This document shows positions 13,018 through 27,659 of a DNA stretch of 64,000 nt, one piece after another (positions within the stretch are counted from its first letter, which is position 1; every line of letters begins with the position of its first letter). Under the pieces are notes generated by a model, which saw only the letters and a list, made by a program, of their open reading frames with translations, did not search any database and was not told where the DNA came from. A program made the position numbers and the translations under genes. Origin of the DNA: Eledone cirrhosa (taxonomy: Eukaryota); contig OZ024743.1 of NCBI GenBank assembly GCA_964016885.1, positions 297,600,001 through 297,664,000 of the forward strand. Reading direction: 5' to 3'.

Positions 13018-13134
13018 CAGTGGGAAAAGTATTTAGTGTGCAACTTACTCTGTATCTGGATATTACAGCATCCAATAGCTATTTGTTACCTTGCTTTTTA
13101 TAGCAGGATTTGAAAGATTTTAATACCATCTTAG

Positions 13135-14522
13135 GTGGCGAATTGGCAGAGTCGTTAGAACGTGGGACAGAGTGCTTTGCGGTATCCGTTCCAGCTCTTT
13201 GCTTTCTAGATTCAAGTCCCGCCGAGGTCAACTTTACCTTTCATCCATTCGAGGTCGATAAAAAAGTACCAGTCAAGTACTGAGCTCGAGTTCTTCCTCT
13301 ATGTCCCTTTCTCACTCCCATTCTCTGGAAGAAATTCGCTGTATTCAAATTTGGAGAGGAGATGGGCTTCACGAGGTCTTTCTAGAAAATGCCCTAGAAA
13401 CGCCATATATCAATACGTTGCCCCTACGACTTCTCCCCCCTGGAGTTACGGGACCATGCATCACTACGAATACAATTTCTTTTACAACAACGCCTGGCTA
13501 CAGATCTATAGCAGAAATACATAACCGATAAAATCAATCGACTTTGGCAGTAATTGAGCCTAGAACGTAAAGGATCGGGACTAAGAACTACAAGGGATTC
13601 TGTTTAGTGTCATACCGGTTCTGCCGTTTTTATTATCATGAACATTAATGAGTTTGTTGTTATATTAGAAAAAAACAAAACAAAATATGTTTTCGCTCTT
13701 AACGTGGTAGATACTTAAATGTATTCGTGAGTGTATAATAATGGTTTCTTATATAGGCACAAGGCCAGTAATTTGGGGAGAGGGGAAAGTCGATTAAATC
13801 GACCCCAGAGCGTGACTTGTACTTTATTTTATCGACTCCATAAGGATGAAAGGCAAAGTTAACCTCGGCGGGATTTGTAATATTATAATGATATGATAAC
13901 ATTATTAATATTCGGTGTTTATTAATATAGGGCGGGGGGTTGGCAATATCGGTAGAGCGTCAGACCACCATACTTTACAACATAGAGTTACGGCCCTTTA
14001 CTTTCTGAGTTCAGATCCCGCCGAGGTTAGCTTTGCCTTTCATCTTTAAGAGGTCGATAAAATAAAGTACCAGTAATGCACTGGAGTCAATTCAATCGAC
14101 TTTCTCCTCCCCACCGAAAATGGTTGACCTTGTGCTTAAATCAGAAACCGTTATTAATATTCGGTTTGTTTACAAGTATTAATCGTAAAATTCAGAATGT
14201 TTCAAAGCTAGAATATATATTTGACTTGCATTAACAGCTTGGCTTTATTAAATGATCTCTATATAGACATATCTGTACAGTGATAACTAGTTTCGCTGCA
14301 AATGGATATAGATTTGATATTTTGTGGTGATGATTATTACGGCGTCACATCGGTAGAGCGTCAGACACTATGTTTTGCAACATAGAGTTATGGCCCTTTA
14401 CGTTCTGAGTTCAAATCCCGCCGAGATTAACTTTGCCTTTCATCCTTACGGAGTCGATAAAATAAAGCACCAGTAATGTACTGGGGTAATTGCTGGCCTT
14501 GTGCCAAAAGTAGAAACAATTA
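13135..14522. mobile_element. SINE cluster (copies ~13135-13285 +, 13745-13878 -, 13940-14150 +, 14350-14522 +)
   Basis: Same B box (gagttcaaatcccgccgag) and gcctttcatcc...gtcgataaaataaagtaccag body. Confidence 0.8.
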
Positions 14523-15256
14523 TTGTTGTTTGTTAAACAAGATGAAAATGCTATCGATTTAATTTATTCCGATATGTTGCTAGTACCTTATAGTACTTAC
14601 TATCCCATAAATGTGAAATGCACTCAAGTACAGAAACACGAATCATTGAGCCAGAAATGCAATAAATTCCATTTCATTATGTCATGTATTTTAATTGACT
14701 AAATGAAATTATAAAGTTTAGATCAAGTTAAACACTAATATCAAGAAAGTCGATGTATTGTCATTTCCATTAATTCAATTAATTAATTTTGTGTAGGTAT
14801 TGTAGCTGCAATCGATGTTTTGATGAACGAATATGTTGCGTAAGAACGTATGTATTATGAAGACAGAATAAAGATTGAAATGAAAGTAAAGTTTACGCAA
14901 TATTTGATGTCATTAGAGCGTCCGATTATATCTTTTGCGAATGTGTGAATGTGGAAAGTAATAATAATCCACCATATTTACTCTATAACCCATGCACTCA
15001 AATGGGAGTATCTGTTGATGTGAGAGAATCTACGTTCTGTAGAATTATGCTTCGAAGAACAAGTTTTATTTCGGTGTTAAACTATTAGACTAATATTTCC
15101 ATAAGGAAGATTCTAACTGCAGCCTGGGTGGATGAGAATATTTGATAACAATCAAATTTAATAACGTCTAAATGCAGCGAAAAGGGAAATTACTCGATAT
15201 CACCACGAATACAATGCAAGTGATTCTGAAAGACAGTTTGTGCTGGTTGTGATAAT

Positions 15257-15780
15257 AATTGTTTCTACTTTAGGCACAAGGCCAGCAATTACCCAGTGCA
15301 TTACTGGTACTTTATTTTATCGACCCCGTAAGGATGAAAGGTAAAGTCAACCTCGGCGGGATTTGAACTCAGATCGTAAAGGGACGTAACTATGCTGGAA
15401 AGCATGGCGTCCGACCCTCTACCGATACTGCCAGATAATAATGGTTTCTAATTTATGTACAAGGCAATTAATTTTGTGGAGAGAGGAAACTGGATTAAAT
15501 CGACCTCAGTACATGATTCGTTCTTTATTTTATCGAGCCCAAAAGAATTAAAAGTATAGTTGACTTCGTACAGATTTGAACACAGACTGTAAAGAGTAGT
15601 AAGTACCGCAAAACATTGTGTCAAACGCGCTAACGACTCTACCAATTCCCCGCCCTAATAGTAAAAATTCCTTCTTTTTAACATTGACACAAGGCCAGCA
15701 ATTTGGGGAAGGGGAAAGATGATTATATCCACCCCAATATTTAACTTCCACTTTATTTTATCGACCTGCTAAGTTTGGAC
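15257..15780 (-). mobile_element. SINE cluster (near-consensus copy 15257-15433 plus older copies)
   Basis: Near-identical to 11350-11530 and 21935-22112. Confidence 0.8.
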
Positions 15781-16346
15781 TCGCATCATAAAGAAAGACA
15801 ACAAAATACCCGACACTGCCAATGCACAATTCTTAATAAATACGTTATTCCATAACCGTGGCATCTTTCATGGTTCTGGAAAACTTAATTATACTATTAT
15901 GTGTATAGACAGCCTGTTGTTTTGTTTATAAAATAATTAAAAGTGAGATAAAATAAGAGATCAAAGAAATAATGGCAAGCTATACACTCTTGGTTGGAGA
16001 ACATATCTCAGCTACACCAAACGGAGAAGGTAGAAAATGCCCTGCCACAAAGAAAAAACAGCAACATCCACTGTATCAGCCATTACACATCATATGGCTT
16101 CTTTGACAGGCGTGATGCCCTCAGCTCGATTTGACGGAGAAAAAAATGACAGACTGGTGATCGATGGCACTGGAGATCTCAACGGCTATCATAGCAAAGT
16201 GGATTCTGTCAGATAATAACCGTCTGTTAATTACTGTATTGGAGAATGTGGTTGTCAACGAGCACACATACACACACGCGCGCACTCACGCGCGCACATA
16301 CAAACACACACAAACATGTTAAAGTTGGCTTCGTTTATTCCAATTC

Positions 16347-16395
16347 GCTGCTATACATATTTCAGCCATTATTGGCTGTGACCTCATCAGGCAGT
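16347..16395 (-). ncRNA. Degenerate hammerhead (stem II partly deleted)
   Basis: Minus strand: actgc CTGATGA ggtcac agcca-ataa-tggct GAAA tatgtata gcagc; relative of the 18798 motif. Confidence 0.55.
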
Positions 16396-16570
16396 AAGAA
16401 TTAAGGCGGAGAAAACAGGAAAACATGATGTTGTAATGGGTTCTACCTTGTTAAGTCATCGATATGTCCAGCTCCTGGGTGTGTTGTTAGTCATCAAAGG
16501 GACAGGAATCATATCATATGATTCCAGTCCCTCGATGCTCTTACAGAGCAGAGTATACAGAGCAGACTAT

Positions 16571-16835
16571 AATATCACATAAGAAACGGAGAATCAGTGG
16601 TGCGACGAATTAGAATTTATTAGACATATTACAATCGTTTCTCTAGCGACCAGTTCTTCAGATACGTCTTTATCGCTCGAGGGATAAAGACGTACCTGAA
16701 GAACTTGCGATTTCAGTGTCAGGTTCGATCCTCGCATCGATCGTGCCTCGAGCTGGTCGCCAGAGAAACGATTGTCATATGTCTAATAAATTCTAATTCG
16801 TCGCACCACTGATTCTCCGCTTCTTATGTGATATA
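16571..16835. mobile_element. Short non-coding fold-back element with hammerhead (family B)
   Basis: Terminal inverted arms atatcacataagaa..ggagaatcagtggtgcgacgaattag. Related copies at 27204-27420 and 39016-39107. Ends in (TA)n. Confidence 0.75.
16689..16783 (+). ncRNA. Hammerhead motif, family B
   Basis: gacgtac CTGAAGA acttgcga...tggtcgccaga GAAA cgattg TC atatgtc; a minus-strand mirror with collapsed stem II lies at ~16623-16668. Confidence 0.6.
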
Positions 16836-16838
16836 TAT

Positions 16839-16914
<76 letters not shown>

Positions 16915-17095
16915 CGTCACATGGTACCATGGGCCCAGCACTATGTGTCAATAATTGTCACAAGAGTAGTGTTTGTACCAGAGTTTTCAAATCGCTGGCT
17001 GGACTAAAAAGTCACACTTGTTCAGCGCATCGGTAGGGGTTCTCCTACATGGATATAAAGTAGTGGCCGTACTCGAAAACGAGTTGGCAGCCACC

Positions 17096-17183
<88 letters not shown>

Positions 17184-17573
17184 GCACACATTCATGCTTA
17201 AGTAAGTACATTGTCTTTTCTTGTTTATTCTTTTGTATAAAGAAGGAAGATATCGTTATCATAAATTTGGTACAGTGACACAGTAAACCTGAGATATCTC
17301 AAAGGTTTTTAGTGCTTTCAATTTTCATATCAATTCGAAATCTCGAGTTCTTAAATTTATTGCTTAGAAATTTCGTAACATAACTAATTGCAACAGCTAT
17401 TTTTAGGTACAATGGTGAACCTCAAGACAAAGTATAGAAATATTGTGTATTCATTTACATCCGTCTGTGTATACCTGTATAACTTCTGATTGATATTAAG
17501 GTATATCTTATCCTCCTAATCTCTTACAATATTTCGAAACTTATGAATTGATCTCCATGTGTTCTCTCTCCCC

Positions 17574-17661
<88 letters not shown>

Positions 17662-18132
17662 TATTATTTATACTTCATAAACACTTAACAGGTAACTATC
17701 GTCCTGTCTAGAAGGATTCAGTTGTAGTTTATGTCTCGTGGATTTGTTTTTATATGGATGCTCTGAAGGAAGAGTCAGTACCCGGGGCCTTCACCCCCAG
17801 TCAACTCTTTCCTGGCCAAACTTTACTTGTTTAACACTCTGACAGCTATATATGAACTTTCATATGAATATCAGTGTGAATTTTTCACGTCTTAAAACTT
17901 AATCTCAGTCTTTTGTGGCACATCTAGTTACATCTCGCGAAGCATCAGTACGCATGTTTAGAAACCACTGTTCTAAAGGGTCAAAGTCTGGACAGAAAAG
18001 ACTAGGTATATTTATTAGTGCGAGGGGACTACGGGTTGTAAACATGATGACTGATAAAGAATGGAGAGATTAGTGAATCAGGAATGTGTCAATGGAGATG
18101 ATAAATGACCAGTGAGCTCCGACGAGCATGGA

Positions 18133-18167
<35 letters not shown>

Positions 18168-18626
18168 TAACAGACATAGGGATGAGTCAGCACATCTGTG
18201 GGTAAGAGGCTGGTGTGTGTTTGTGTTTTGAAATATAATTGTTTCTACGTTTGGAAAGGCAAAGTTAACCTCGGCGGGATTTGAACTCAGAATTGCAAGG
18301 GCCGTAACTCTATGCGTCAAAGAATAGTGTCCGACCCTCTACCGATACTGCCAATCCACTTTGGGAACTCTGCTCTACATTCTTAATTCACATGCTGAGG
18401 TCAATTTTGCGTTTCATTCTTTCAGTGTTGATATAGTAAAGTACCAGTTGTTGGAGAATTCCTGAAGCGTCGGTCGAGATGACTGAAAACTTTGTTCTCA
18501 GTTAAATGTCCGACTATATGTAAGAATCAAATCCCACTGATAGCCAAGATGAATAATACGACCACGAAATCACAACATATACATATATATATACATATAT
18601 ATATATATACATATATATAAATATAC

Positions 18627-18658
<32 letters not shown>

Positions 18659-18669
18659 ATACATATATA

Positions 18670-18902
18670 TAACTGGAGTCATATTACTCCAGTTCCCCAG
18701 TGAATTAACAACCCAACAAGGAACTGGGCATATCAGAGTATTGACAATATCATACACCTAAACAACATATGTACTTGTCTATACCATACTAATTCAAACT
18801 GCCTGAAGAGGTCACAGCCAAAGATGGCTGTCACTGAAATATATATAGCAGTAATAAACGAAGCTAAATTTTAATCATTTGACTTTTATTTAACGTTATT
18901 TT
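18670..18902 (+). mobile_element. Non-coding hammerhead-bearing element, family A (solo pLTR / retrozyme-like)
   Basis: Flanked on both sides by (TA)n. The same sequence occurs at 25366-25829 and 38427-38921. Confidence 0.8.
18798..18852 (+). ncRNA. Minimal type-I hammerhead ribozyme (intact core)
   Basis: actgc CTGAAGA ggtcacagcca-aaga-tggctgtcact GAAA tatatata gcagt. Confidence 0.85.
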
Positions 18903-18978
18903 ATATATATATATATATATACATGTATATATATATATACATGTATATATGTACATATATATATGTATACATATATAG

Positions 18979-19095
<117 letters not shown>

Positions 19096-19101
19096 CATAT
19101 A

Positions 19102-19132
<31 letters not shown>

Positions 19133-19143
19133 TTTTTGGAACG

Positions 19144-19835
19144 ATCGACTTTCGTCAAATCGGACCGAGGGAACAATGTTTCCGTTGGTCTTTCCAATTG
19201 CTAATACTATCTATCGGTCGCAACTCCTGGTAGAAAGAGCAACGTGAAATAAAGTGTCTTGCTCAAGGACATAACGCATCGCCTGGTCCAGGAATCGAAC
19301 TCACAACCTTACGATTGCGAATCCAATTCTCTAAACACTCAGCCACACGCCTTCACCATATACATACATACATACATATATATATATACATACATACACA
19401 CATATATATATACATATACATACATAGGTTGTTGATTGGGCAAAAATAACGTCAACACACGCGTGCGCGCACGCACACACACACATATATATATATACAC
19501 ACACACACACAGACACACACATATATATATATATATATCACGTCTATGGTTTTCCCGCTTTCACCTCGGGTAGTTCACGTACAGGTCATTTTTCGGCCTT
19601 TTGGATCTGTGCTAGCTGGCAGATAATAATATATTTTATCGTTCCTGGGTCTTTAGCCCTAGGAAAGGAAAATGCTTCTCTGATGAGCTTGGATTTTCCA
19701 TTGGAAATCCATTGGATTTCTGGTGTTTTACAAAGCGAAACCGATCGGTAAGGGCCAAAAGAATAGGTAAATATTTAAATTATATTTTTTAATTTATTTT
19801 AAAAAATTGGTTGAATTTTGCTTGTTCTGCTTATC

Positions 19836-19881
<46 letters not shown>

Positions 19882-20265
19882 AATTATTCTCCAAGATGCT
19901 CGTCTGGACAAGGCTGATGAAATTTAGCACCGGTGTCTTCATAACTTGTTTGATCCAGCAGGATGGACTAGAACAAAGAGTAATAAAGTTTCGTGCTCAA
20001 TGAAATAACTATCATGACTTTACTACCGTGAGCTGAATACCCGAACCACATAGCTCCACGCCATTTCTTGGATTCAGAAATATATTATGGATTACGAATA
20101 CAATGAGTGTGTTAGTGGGGGTGGAGTGAAATAATTTTTAACATTTCTTTGGGAAATATATGAATTATATAGTGGTTTGAGTGATTTTTCAGTTAGTTTT
20201 ACTGTTTATATGTATACTTATATATAAGCCTCACACACACACATACACAGACGCGCATGCACACG

Positions 20266-20317
<52 letters not shown>

Positions 20318-20552
20318 AGAAGATAGATAAGAAAGTCCATCGACTTTCGTCAAATCGGACCGAGGGAACAATGTTTCCGTTGGTCTTTCTAATTGCTAAT
20401 ACTGTCTATCGGTCGCAACTCCAGGTAGAAGGAGCAACGTGAAATAAAGTGTCTTGCTCAAGGACATAACGCATCGCCTGGTCCAGGAATCGAACTCACA
20501 ACCTTACGATTGCGAATCCAATTCTCTAACCACTCAGCCACACACCTTCACT
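19144..20552 (-). repeat. Two near-identical ~213-bp direct repeats (19144-19357, 20339-20552), each containing a tRNA/CORE-like SINE head
   Basis: atcgactttcgtcaaatcggaccgagggaac...cagccacac.ccttcac occurs twice. The minus strand has B box gagttcgattcc and tgtccttgagcaagacacttt. Confidence 0.85.
19674..19756 (+). ncRNA. Hammerhead ribozyme motif
   Basis: gcttct CTGATGA gctt...aagc GAAA ccgatcgg TA agggc. Palindromic stem III; stem I is weak. Confidence 0.65.
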
Positions 20553-20606
20553 ACATATATATATATATTGTTATAATATTGCCAGAAATAATAACAGAAC
20601 ACATTC

Positions 20607-20714
<108 letters not shown>

Positions 20715-20822
20715 ATTAAAGTATGTGTTAGTTAATCACCGAGACTTTTGTATGCAGGACGGGGCAGTCTACGGATTGTACAAGTAGTCTGTTTACTCCG
20801 GAGTATAATCATGAAACACAAG

Positions 20823-21170
20823 TCAACGGGTTATAGTTCACTTCAATTATTCATAATCGCTCTTATATATTTCTCTTATATATTTCGGTGATAACAGTTA
20901 TGCAACAGTTATGACCTCATTAGACAGCTGGAAGAAAAATAGAAAAACATGAAGAAAAAATAAAAATCAATAAAAATTACTCCTGTTGTTTCGATTCATT
21001 GATATGCCCTGGACTGATATTTGATGTGACATATTTCTTATTCATGCTATACTGTTTTTTCTGTTCAATTTTTGCTGTCTGATGAGGTCATAACTGTTGC
21101 ATAACGGTTATCACCGAAATATATATAACAGCGATTATGAATGAATGAAGTAAATTATAACCCGTTGACG
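20823..21170. repeat. Inverted repeat (20823-20928 / 21074-21170) carrying a hammerhead pair
   Basis: gtcaacgggttatagttcacttc...gacagc versus gctgtctgatgagg...tataacccgttgac. Confidence 0.8.
21074..21132 (+). ncRNA. Minimal type-I hammerhead ribozyme (intact core)
   Basis: gctgt CTGATGA ggt-cataactgttgcataacggttatc-acc GAAA tatatata acagc. The minus-strand mirror has CTAATGA (G5A). Confidence 0.82.
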
Positions 21171-21249
21171 TATATACATACACCCAAAATATACACACAT
21201 CACACTCGTGGATTTGCTGGTGATATGAGATCTAGCGTTCCTTACAGAG

Positions 21250-21700
21250 AAATATTAGATTTTAATGGTATGTTTATTAAAAATCTGTCTATATTTGTGG
21301 CCTACAGGAAAATGCTTATCTTTAAAAACTAAGAATCTCTTCCCTACATTCGTTTGAACATTTTTACTAGATGATTGACTTCCGAATCACATAATTAGAT
21401 GGGTTATTGAATTCTTGAAAACTATGGATGGGTGACATAAGTTTCTGTTGATGTATCTAAACTAATCATTGGCTTCATGGTAGGGCGTATATGTATTTGT
21501 GTTTAGTCGTTGATACCTAGGAAATTAACACTAACGGGGGTCAGTGGTTACAATAATCTTTTGTCCCAGGCTATTGAATGCAGCTATAAAAACTTTCCTA
21601 AAGTTTATTGACATGTATCGCGAAGATGGTCTCGCCCTAACAAGTCATAAACGTGAACATGACCTCAATTACTTTATATGAATCCTTGGGCTCATTTGAT
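21250..21700 (+). pseudogene. Possible highly decayed RT remnant downstream of the hammerhead
   Basis: Short translated patches KNLFPT and YREDGLAL resemble RT motifs (LFP/YRDDGL); no continuous ORF. Confidence 0.3.
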
Positions 21701-21934
21701 AGCGTGGATGTCAGCGATTTGATGGGGGTTATACATTTTCGAGACGCTAAAAAGTTAATTCACAAATAAATTCGTGGCATCCGACCTTTTAACCAGGCCA
21801 CCCTGTTGTTGAAGAGGAGGGGTTTTGTTGGGTAGAATATAATCTGAAAGTCAATAGCATCTATATCTACGTATCTACCAGGGAATTTTAAAGATCTATC
21901 TGATAATACTGTACATATAAACAAGTAAAAAAAT

Positions 21935-22112
21935 AATTGTTTCTACTTTAGGCACAAGGCCAGCAATTACCCAATTCATTACTGGTACTTTATTTTATCG
22001 ACCCCGTAAGGATGAAAGGTAAAGTCAACTTCGGCAGGATTTGAACTCAGATCGTAAAGGGACGTAACTATGCTGGAAAGCATGGCGTCCGAGCCTCTAC
22101 CGATACTGCCAA
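21935..22112 (-). mobile_element. tRNA-derived SINE
   Basis: Near-consensus copy of the dominant family. Confidence 0.85.
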
Positions 22113-22516
22113 CCCCCCAAAATAATGATGTCAAGCGATAAATTTGGCCCTGCTGTAGGTGTAAAAAGTGGTAAACCAGCTGATGAGAGTTTGGATATTG
22201 CCCCATTTTAAAATATTTTTTCCTTTTCTTCTTAATGTGGGCCCGTCAATAGTTAGCTCCTTTAAATTTTGATAGACAACATTAAACTATTCCCCGATTA
22301 ACTACCAAATATTACATTTTGTTTCCACTCTCTATATCTAAAACTTATCTCTTTCGATATTTCTTAATGTGTTTTCTTCTTCTCTCGAACACTGTCATGT
22401 TCAAAGAAAAAGAACATGTCTATTACAAAAAAGAGTCAATATAGGCTGAAGACCTGGATACTAAGCGAAAATCTGAAATAAACTGCCAGAGAAATCATTG
22501 TGTGTGCGTGTATGTG

Positions 22517-22637
<121 letters not shown>

Positions 22638-22652
22638 GTGTGTGTGTGTATA

Positions 22653-23430
22653 CAAGGTGTGGACGATATTTGTTCGCAATTTTCAACTGCTAATTTTATG
22701 CAATTTTTTTTACTTCCGTTGTCACTCTTGTCTTCATAAAAACAGTGACTATATTTCCATTATTTATTTTCAGAATAATTGATTAGGAATAATTTTGAAC
22801 CGCCAAATTTGTGGAAGAGACACGGAGTACTTCTTGGAATCTGCGCCGAGAGGACAAATAAGGAAATTTCAGACTTTCTCAGCGTCAGTAGGAGAATGGT
22901 GGAAAAGGTCAGAAAGGAATTGGAAGATTCAGGATTCGACTACGAAGCAACATCAGAGAGGAAAACACAGGATCGACGATCTGACGCCCTCAGAACGCTC
23001 GAGTTCCTCGCTGAAGTTCAGGATATCATCAACAATGAACCTAGCAAGTCGATGCGTGCCATTGCAAGGGAGAAAGGCGTGGATGAAAAGCTCATGAAGC
23101 TGGTGGTACATGAAGACATTCGCTACGTTTCATACAAGATGAGGAGAGGACAATTTCTGTCAAAGGCGATGCAAGAAAAGCGACTGAAGCACGCAAAGAA
23201 GCTGATCAACAAGTTGAAACACCCACTGGAGCCAGACATGTTGTGGTTTTTCTCCGACGAGAAAAACTTCTGCCAAGACCAGAAGATCAAGTCCCAGAAC
23301 AACAGGTGGCTCGCTGTCTCATCCAAAGACGTGCCCAGAGTCATGCAGATAAGTTTCCAGCGACAACATTGGTCTTAGGTGTCGTCAGCAGTCAAGGTGA
23401 CGTCATGCCACCTCACTTCTTTCCTGGAGA
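22653..23430 (+). mobile_element. 3'-truncated Tc1/mariner-superfamily transposon with frameshifted transposase (22779-23430)
   Basis: TA|CAAGGTG TIR-like start, HTH regions (SMRAIARE), first catalytic Asp in WFFSDEKNF, QNNRW, then after a frameshift KFPA..VLGVVSS.GDVMPPHFF. Confidence 0.85.
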
Positions 23431-23477
23431 CTAAGCGAAAATCTGAAATAAACTGTCAGAGAAATCATTGTGTGTGC

Positions 23478-23614
<137 letters not shown>

Positions 23615-23616
23615 AA

Positions 23617-23656
<40 letters not shown>

Positions 23657-23929
23657 TACTTACACACACACGCACACAGTTACGACCGTTTCACAGAGAT
23701 TGGTATCTCAGGATCTATATCGACGCTATAGACACGATTCCAGCCCGATCTGCTCATCAGACTTGTTAATCAAGCAATCCGAAAATATCATTTACTGAAT
23801 TACCTATTATATATATAATCAATAAAGTCATTCATATTAAATCTTGTTTTGTTTTTAATATATATATATATAATTAAATACCTCTGCACTATACGGAAAT
23901 ACTTAACACACATATATATATATATATAT

Positions 23930-23975
<46 letters not shown>

Positions 23976-24765
23976 ATATATATATATATATATATATACA
24001 TACATAGGTGCGCTTTCACACACACATGCACATACACACATATTTAAAAATATTGAACCAGGACGTGGCTGTATGTTCGCCCAACGTATTTAGTTTTTAT
24101 CCCATATGCAACTTTGCTATTTATTTCTTCTCTAATGCTCCGTGCTCTTAACCAACCGTTTACTTACCAGACCGACAGCTCTCTATATCTCTAACTTTGT
24201 CTGTCTCTCTCTCTCACTTTATCTCTCTCCCCTCTTTTTGGACAAAAGGAAGCTCACCAGGCTGGTGCTTATCCTGATTTCCGTGGTGCGAAGCGACTGA
24301 GAGTACAAAACTCCCCCTTGAACAGGATGCCAGTCCATCGCCAGCTATTGCTGGTACTCATTTTCAGTTGCTGATATTGGAGCAACGTGAAATGAAATGA
24401 TTTGCTCAAAAACACAACACGCGACCTAGATCAGAAATGGAACTCATGCTACTATGATCATAAGTCTTATACTCTTACCACTCAGCTACATGCCTTAACC
24501 CGTCATATTTCAAGTCATAAGACTTTTTATTCTTATTTGTTGACGTATTCGCTTTGCTGTCCTAGTCGAAAAAGATTCCCTTGAGGTCCCCCGTCTATGT
24601 TGTTGTGTTGTCGCCTATGCATCTTTCTGGCGGTTTGCTCAAACTGCCATGCAAAATAAGCTCGATATTATGCAATACCACCGTTGAACAGGAAATAGCA
24701 TTACCCAGGAGTGGCTGGTGAGGCAGAGAGATGTTTTTATTCTTTCTTTCTCTTATGCAACTTTG

Positions 24766-24863
<98 letters not shown>

Positions 24864-24992
24864 ATGCATATATATAAATATATATATATATGTGTGTGCG
24901 TGTATGTGTGTGAGTATGTGTGCGTGTGTGTGTGTGTGCACGCACACACTCACGCTCACGTATATTGTATAGCCAATTTGGCGCCGTTAACT

Positions 24993-25350
24993 AACATGTG
25001 CCAGTAACACCCTCACTTATCGTTAACATCAGTAGATATGAAGCCTTACAAGTGATAGAGGACAATTTGGATATTTATAGTGAAACAGTCAGAGAAGCGG
25101 AGAGGTCAGTGAGAATTATCGCCATAAGTGAATTGGCAGTATCAGTAGAGGGTCGGACATGCTTTCCAGCATAGTTACATCCCTTTACGATCTGAGTTCA
25201 AATCCCGCCGGGGTTAACTTTGCCTTTCATCCTTACGGGGTTGATGAAATAAAGTACCAGTAATACACTGGGTAATTGCTGGTCTTGTGCCAAAAGTAGA
25301 AACAATTATTACTATATTCCCTCTTTCCCCTTTATCTTCTGGATATATAT
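24993..25350 (+). pseudogene. Inverted partial duplicate of vanin-like exon 1 and start of intron 1, interrupted by a SINE (25130-25307)
   Basis: aacatgtgccagtaacaccctcac...gcggagaggtcagtgaga matches the reverse complement of 29246-29121 with about 4 mismatches. After the SINE, aattattactatattccctctttcccc matches 29117-29080. Confidence 0.9.
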
Positions 25351-25365
25351 ATATAGAGAGAGAGA

Positions 25366-25974
<609 letters not shown>

Positions 25975-27203
25975 ACATATGTATGTGTATACATCATAAC
26001 ATTTAGTTCACTTGACTGTCTGACAGGAAATTTTTACCGACATTTTCTGGAAGTTACTCATATTTCACTATACCAGTTGATCGTATTTATAGGAAGGGAA
26101 TGTAATGCTATTCTAGTATATTACTCTTGTCTTATATGTCTATTTGCTTTGATTCCTTTTGATTAAGTTCAAATAAAATACGTGGAGGTAGCATGGCCGA
26201 ATGGTTAACAATTTTTATTCACGGTCTTGATTTCCCGGGTTCGATCTCACTGCTTGTTATGTTAGTCTTTATTATAGTCTCAAGTCGACTCATGCCATGT
26301 GAGCGCTGTGGGGTAGACGGAAATGTTCTAGAATCCCGTCTAATTCAGCCTTGTCACATGCCGTGTCACAATGATTCGGTTTCAGATTTAAGTTAATACT
26401 CAACTACTTACACATTAATTCATGAATTGGATATTAAGTTAATCGACCGACTAAATGCTCCTCGTTGAAATTGGTGGAGGAGCAATCAATGGTCAAGAAA
26501 TAGATTCATTTAATCAAATTATTCTCTTAAAATTCAGCAACCTACCCAAACCATACTTATATAGCGTGGATAGGTTTAAACCAATATAGTTGTTGAGGCT
26601 TCATCCGCCTATGGATCGTCAATGACGCGGGGAATGTTATCATTGAGTTACAATTGAAATGAAATGAACTAGTTGTTTTAGAAACAGCATGCTCGTGTGT
26701 TTAACGTGCAAGTGGCTGAGCATTTCACAGACACGCATACCTTAAACGTAATTCATAGTGTACGGTCCATTCAAATAGCTTCCAAACAGTTTCCGTCGAC
26801 ACAATTTCGACCCGAGTCTATGGAAGATGACACTTGCTCAAGATGTCACACATTTGGGTCGAAGTTGGAACCTTCTGATTACAAGTGAACATCCTAACCA
26901 TTCGACAATGCCTGGCCCACAGCGTTATAATTGGTGAGGTACTAATATATCAGCAAAGCATCCTTTCGAATCCTATCACCAATAATGTGTTTATTACTAA
27001 AATACTTTACTATCACTGATTCAACTCATGTGACTGGCAATCATCCCATAAGAAGCTGCAGTTTTCCACTATAAGCAGTTTCCTCCGTACACACATATGC
27101 ATATTCACTCCCTTCCCCCATATATATATAATTGGTGTTGGATGCTTAAAGCGTCCGTATGCGGTAGGCCGTATGAGCACTCGATGCCCTCGTAGAGCAG
27201 AGT

Positions 27204-27420
27204 ATGATATCACAGAAAAAAGAGAATCAGTGTTGCGACGAAAGAAAAATCTGCTTCGTAGAATCGAGACGTATCGGAGGACCGCGCGATTTCAGAGTCA
27301 GGTTTGATCACCATATCGATCGTGCCTCGAACTGGTCGCCCGAGAAACAATTGTAATATGTCCAATAAATTCCTTTCGTCGCAACACTGATTTTCTTTTT
27401 TCTGTGATATATATATATAT
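27204..27420 (+). mobile_element. Family B fold-back element with degenerate hammerhead
   Basis: Inverted ends atatcacagaaaaa..aatcagtgttgcgacgaaag; internal gacgtat CGGAGGA...GAAA caattg TA atatgtc. Confidence 0.65.
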
Positions 27421-27501
27421 ATAACGAAGGAGGTGTGGTAAGGAACCAGATGGACCATAACGCACCAGAGTACTCAATACTTAGGGTAGTAGAGTGGGTA
27501 A

Positions 27502-27611
27502 TAGGAAAATGTTAACCCCGACGGCAGAGATCAAGCCGTTTCGACGGCTATTTCTGGACCAGAAATAGGCGTCGAAACGGCTTGAGCTCTGCCGTCGGGG
27601 TTAAACATTTT

Positions 27612-27616
<5 letters not shown>
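27502..27616. repeat. ~115-bp palindrome abutting (TA)n
   Basis: taggaaaatgttaaccccgacggcagag..aagccgtttcgac..tatttctgg|accagaaata..gtcgaaacggctt..ctctgccgtcggggttaaacattttccta. Confidence 0.88.
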
Positions 27617-27659
<43 letters not shown>

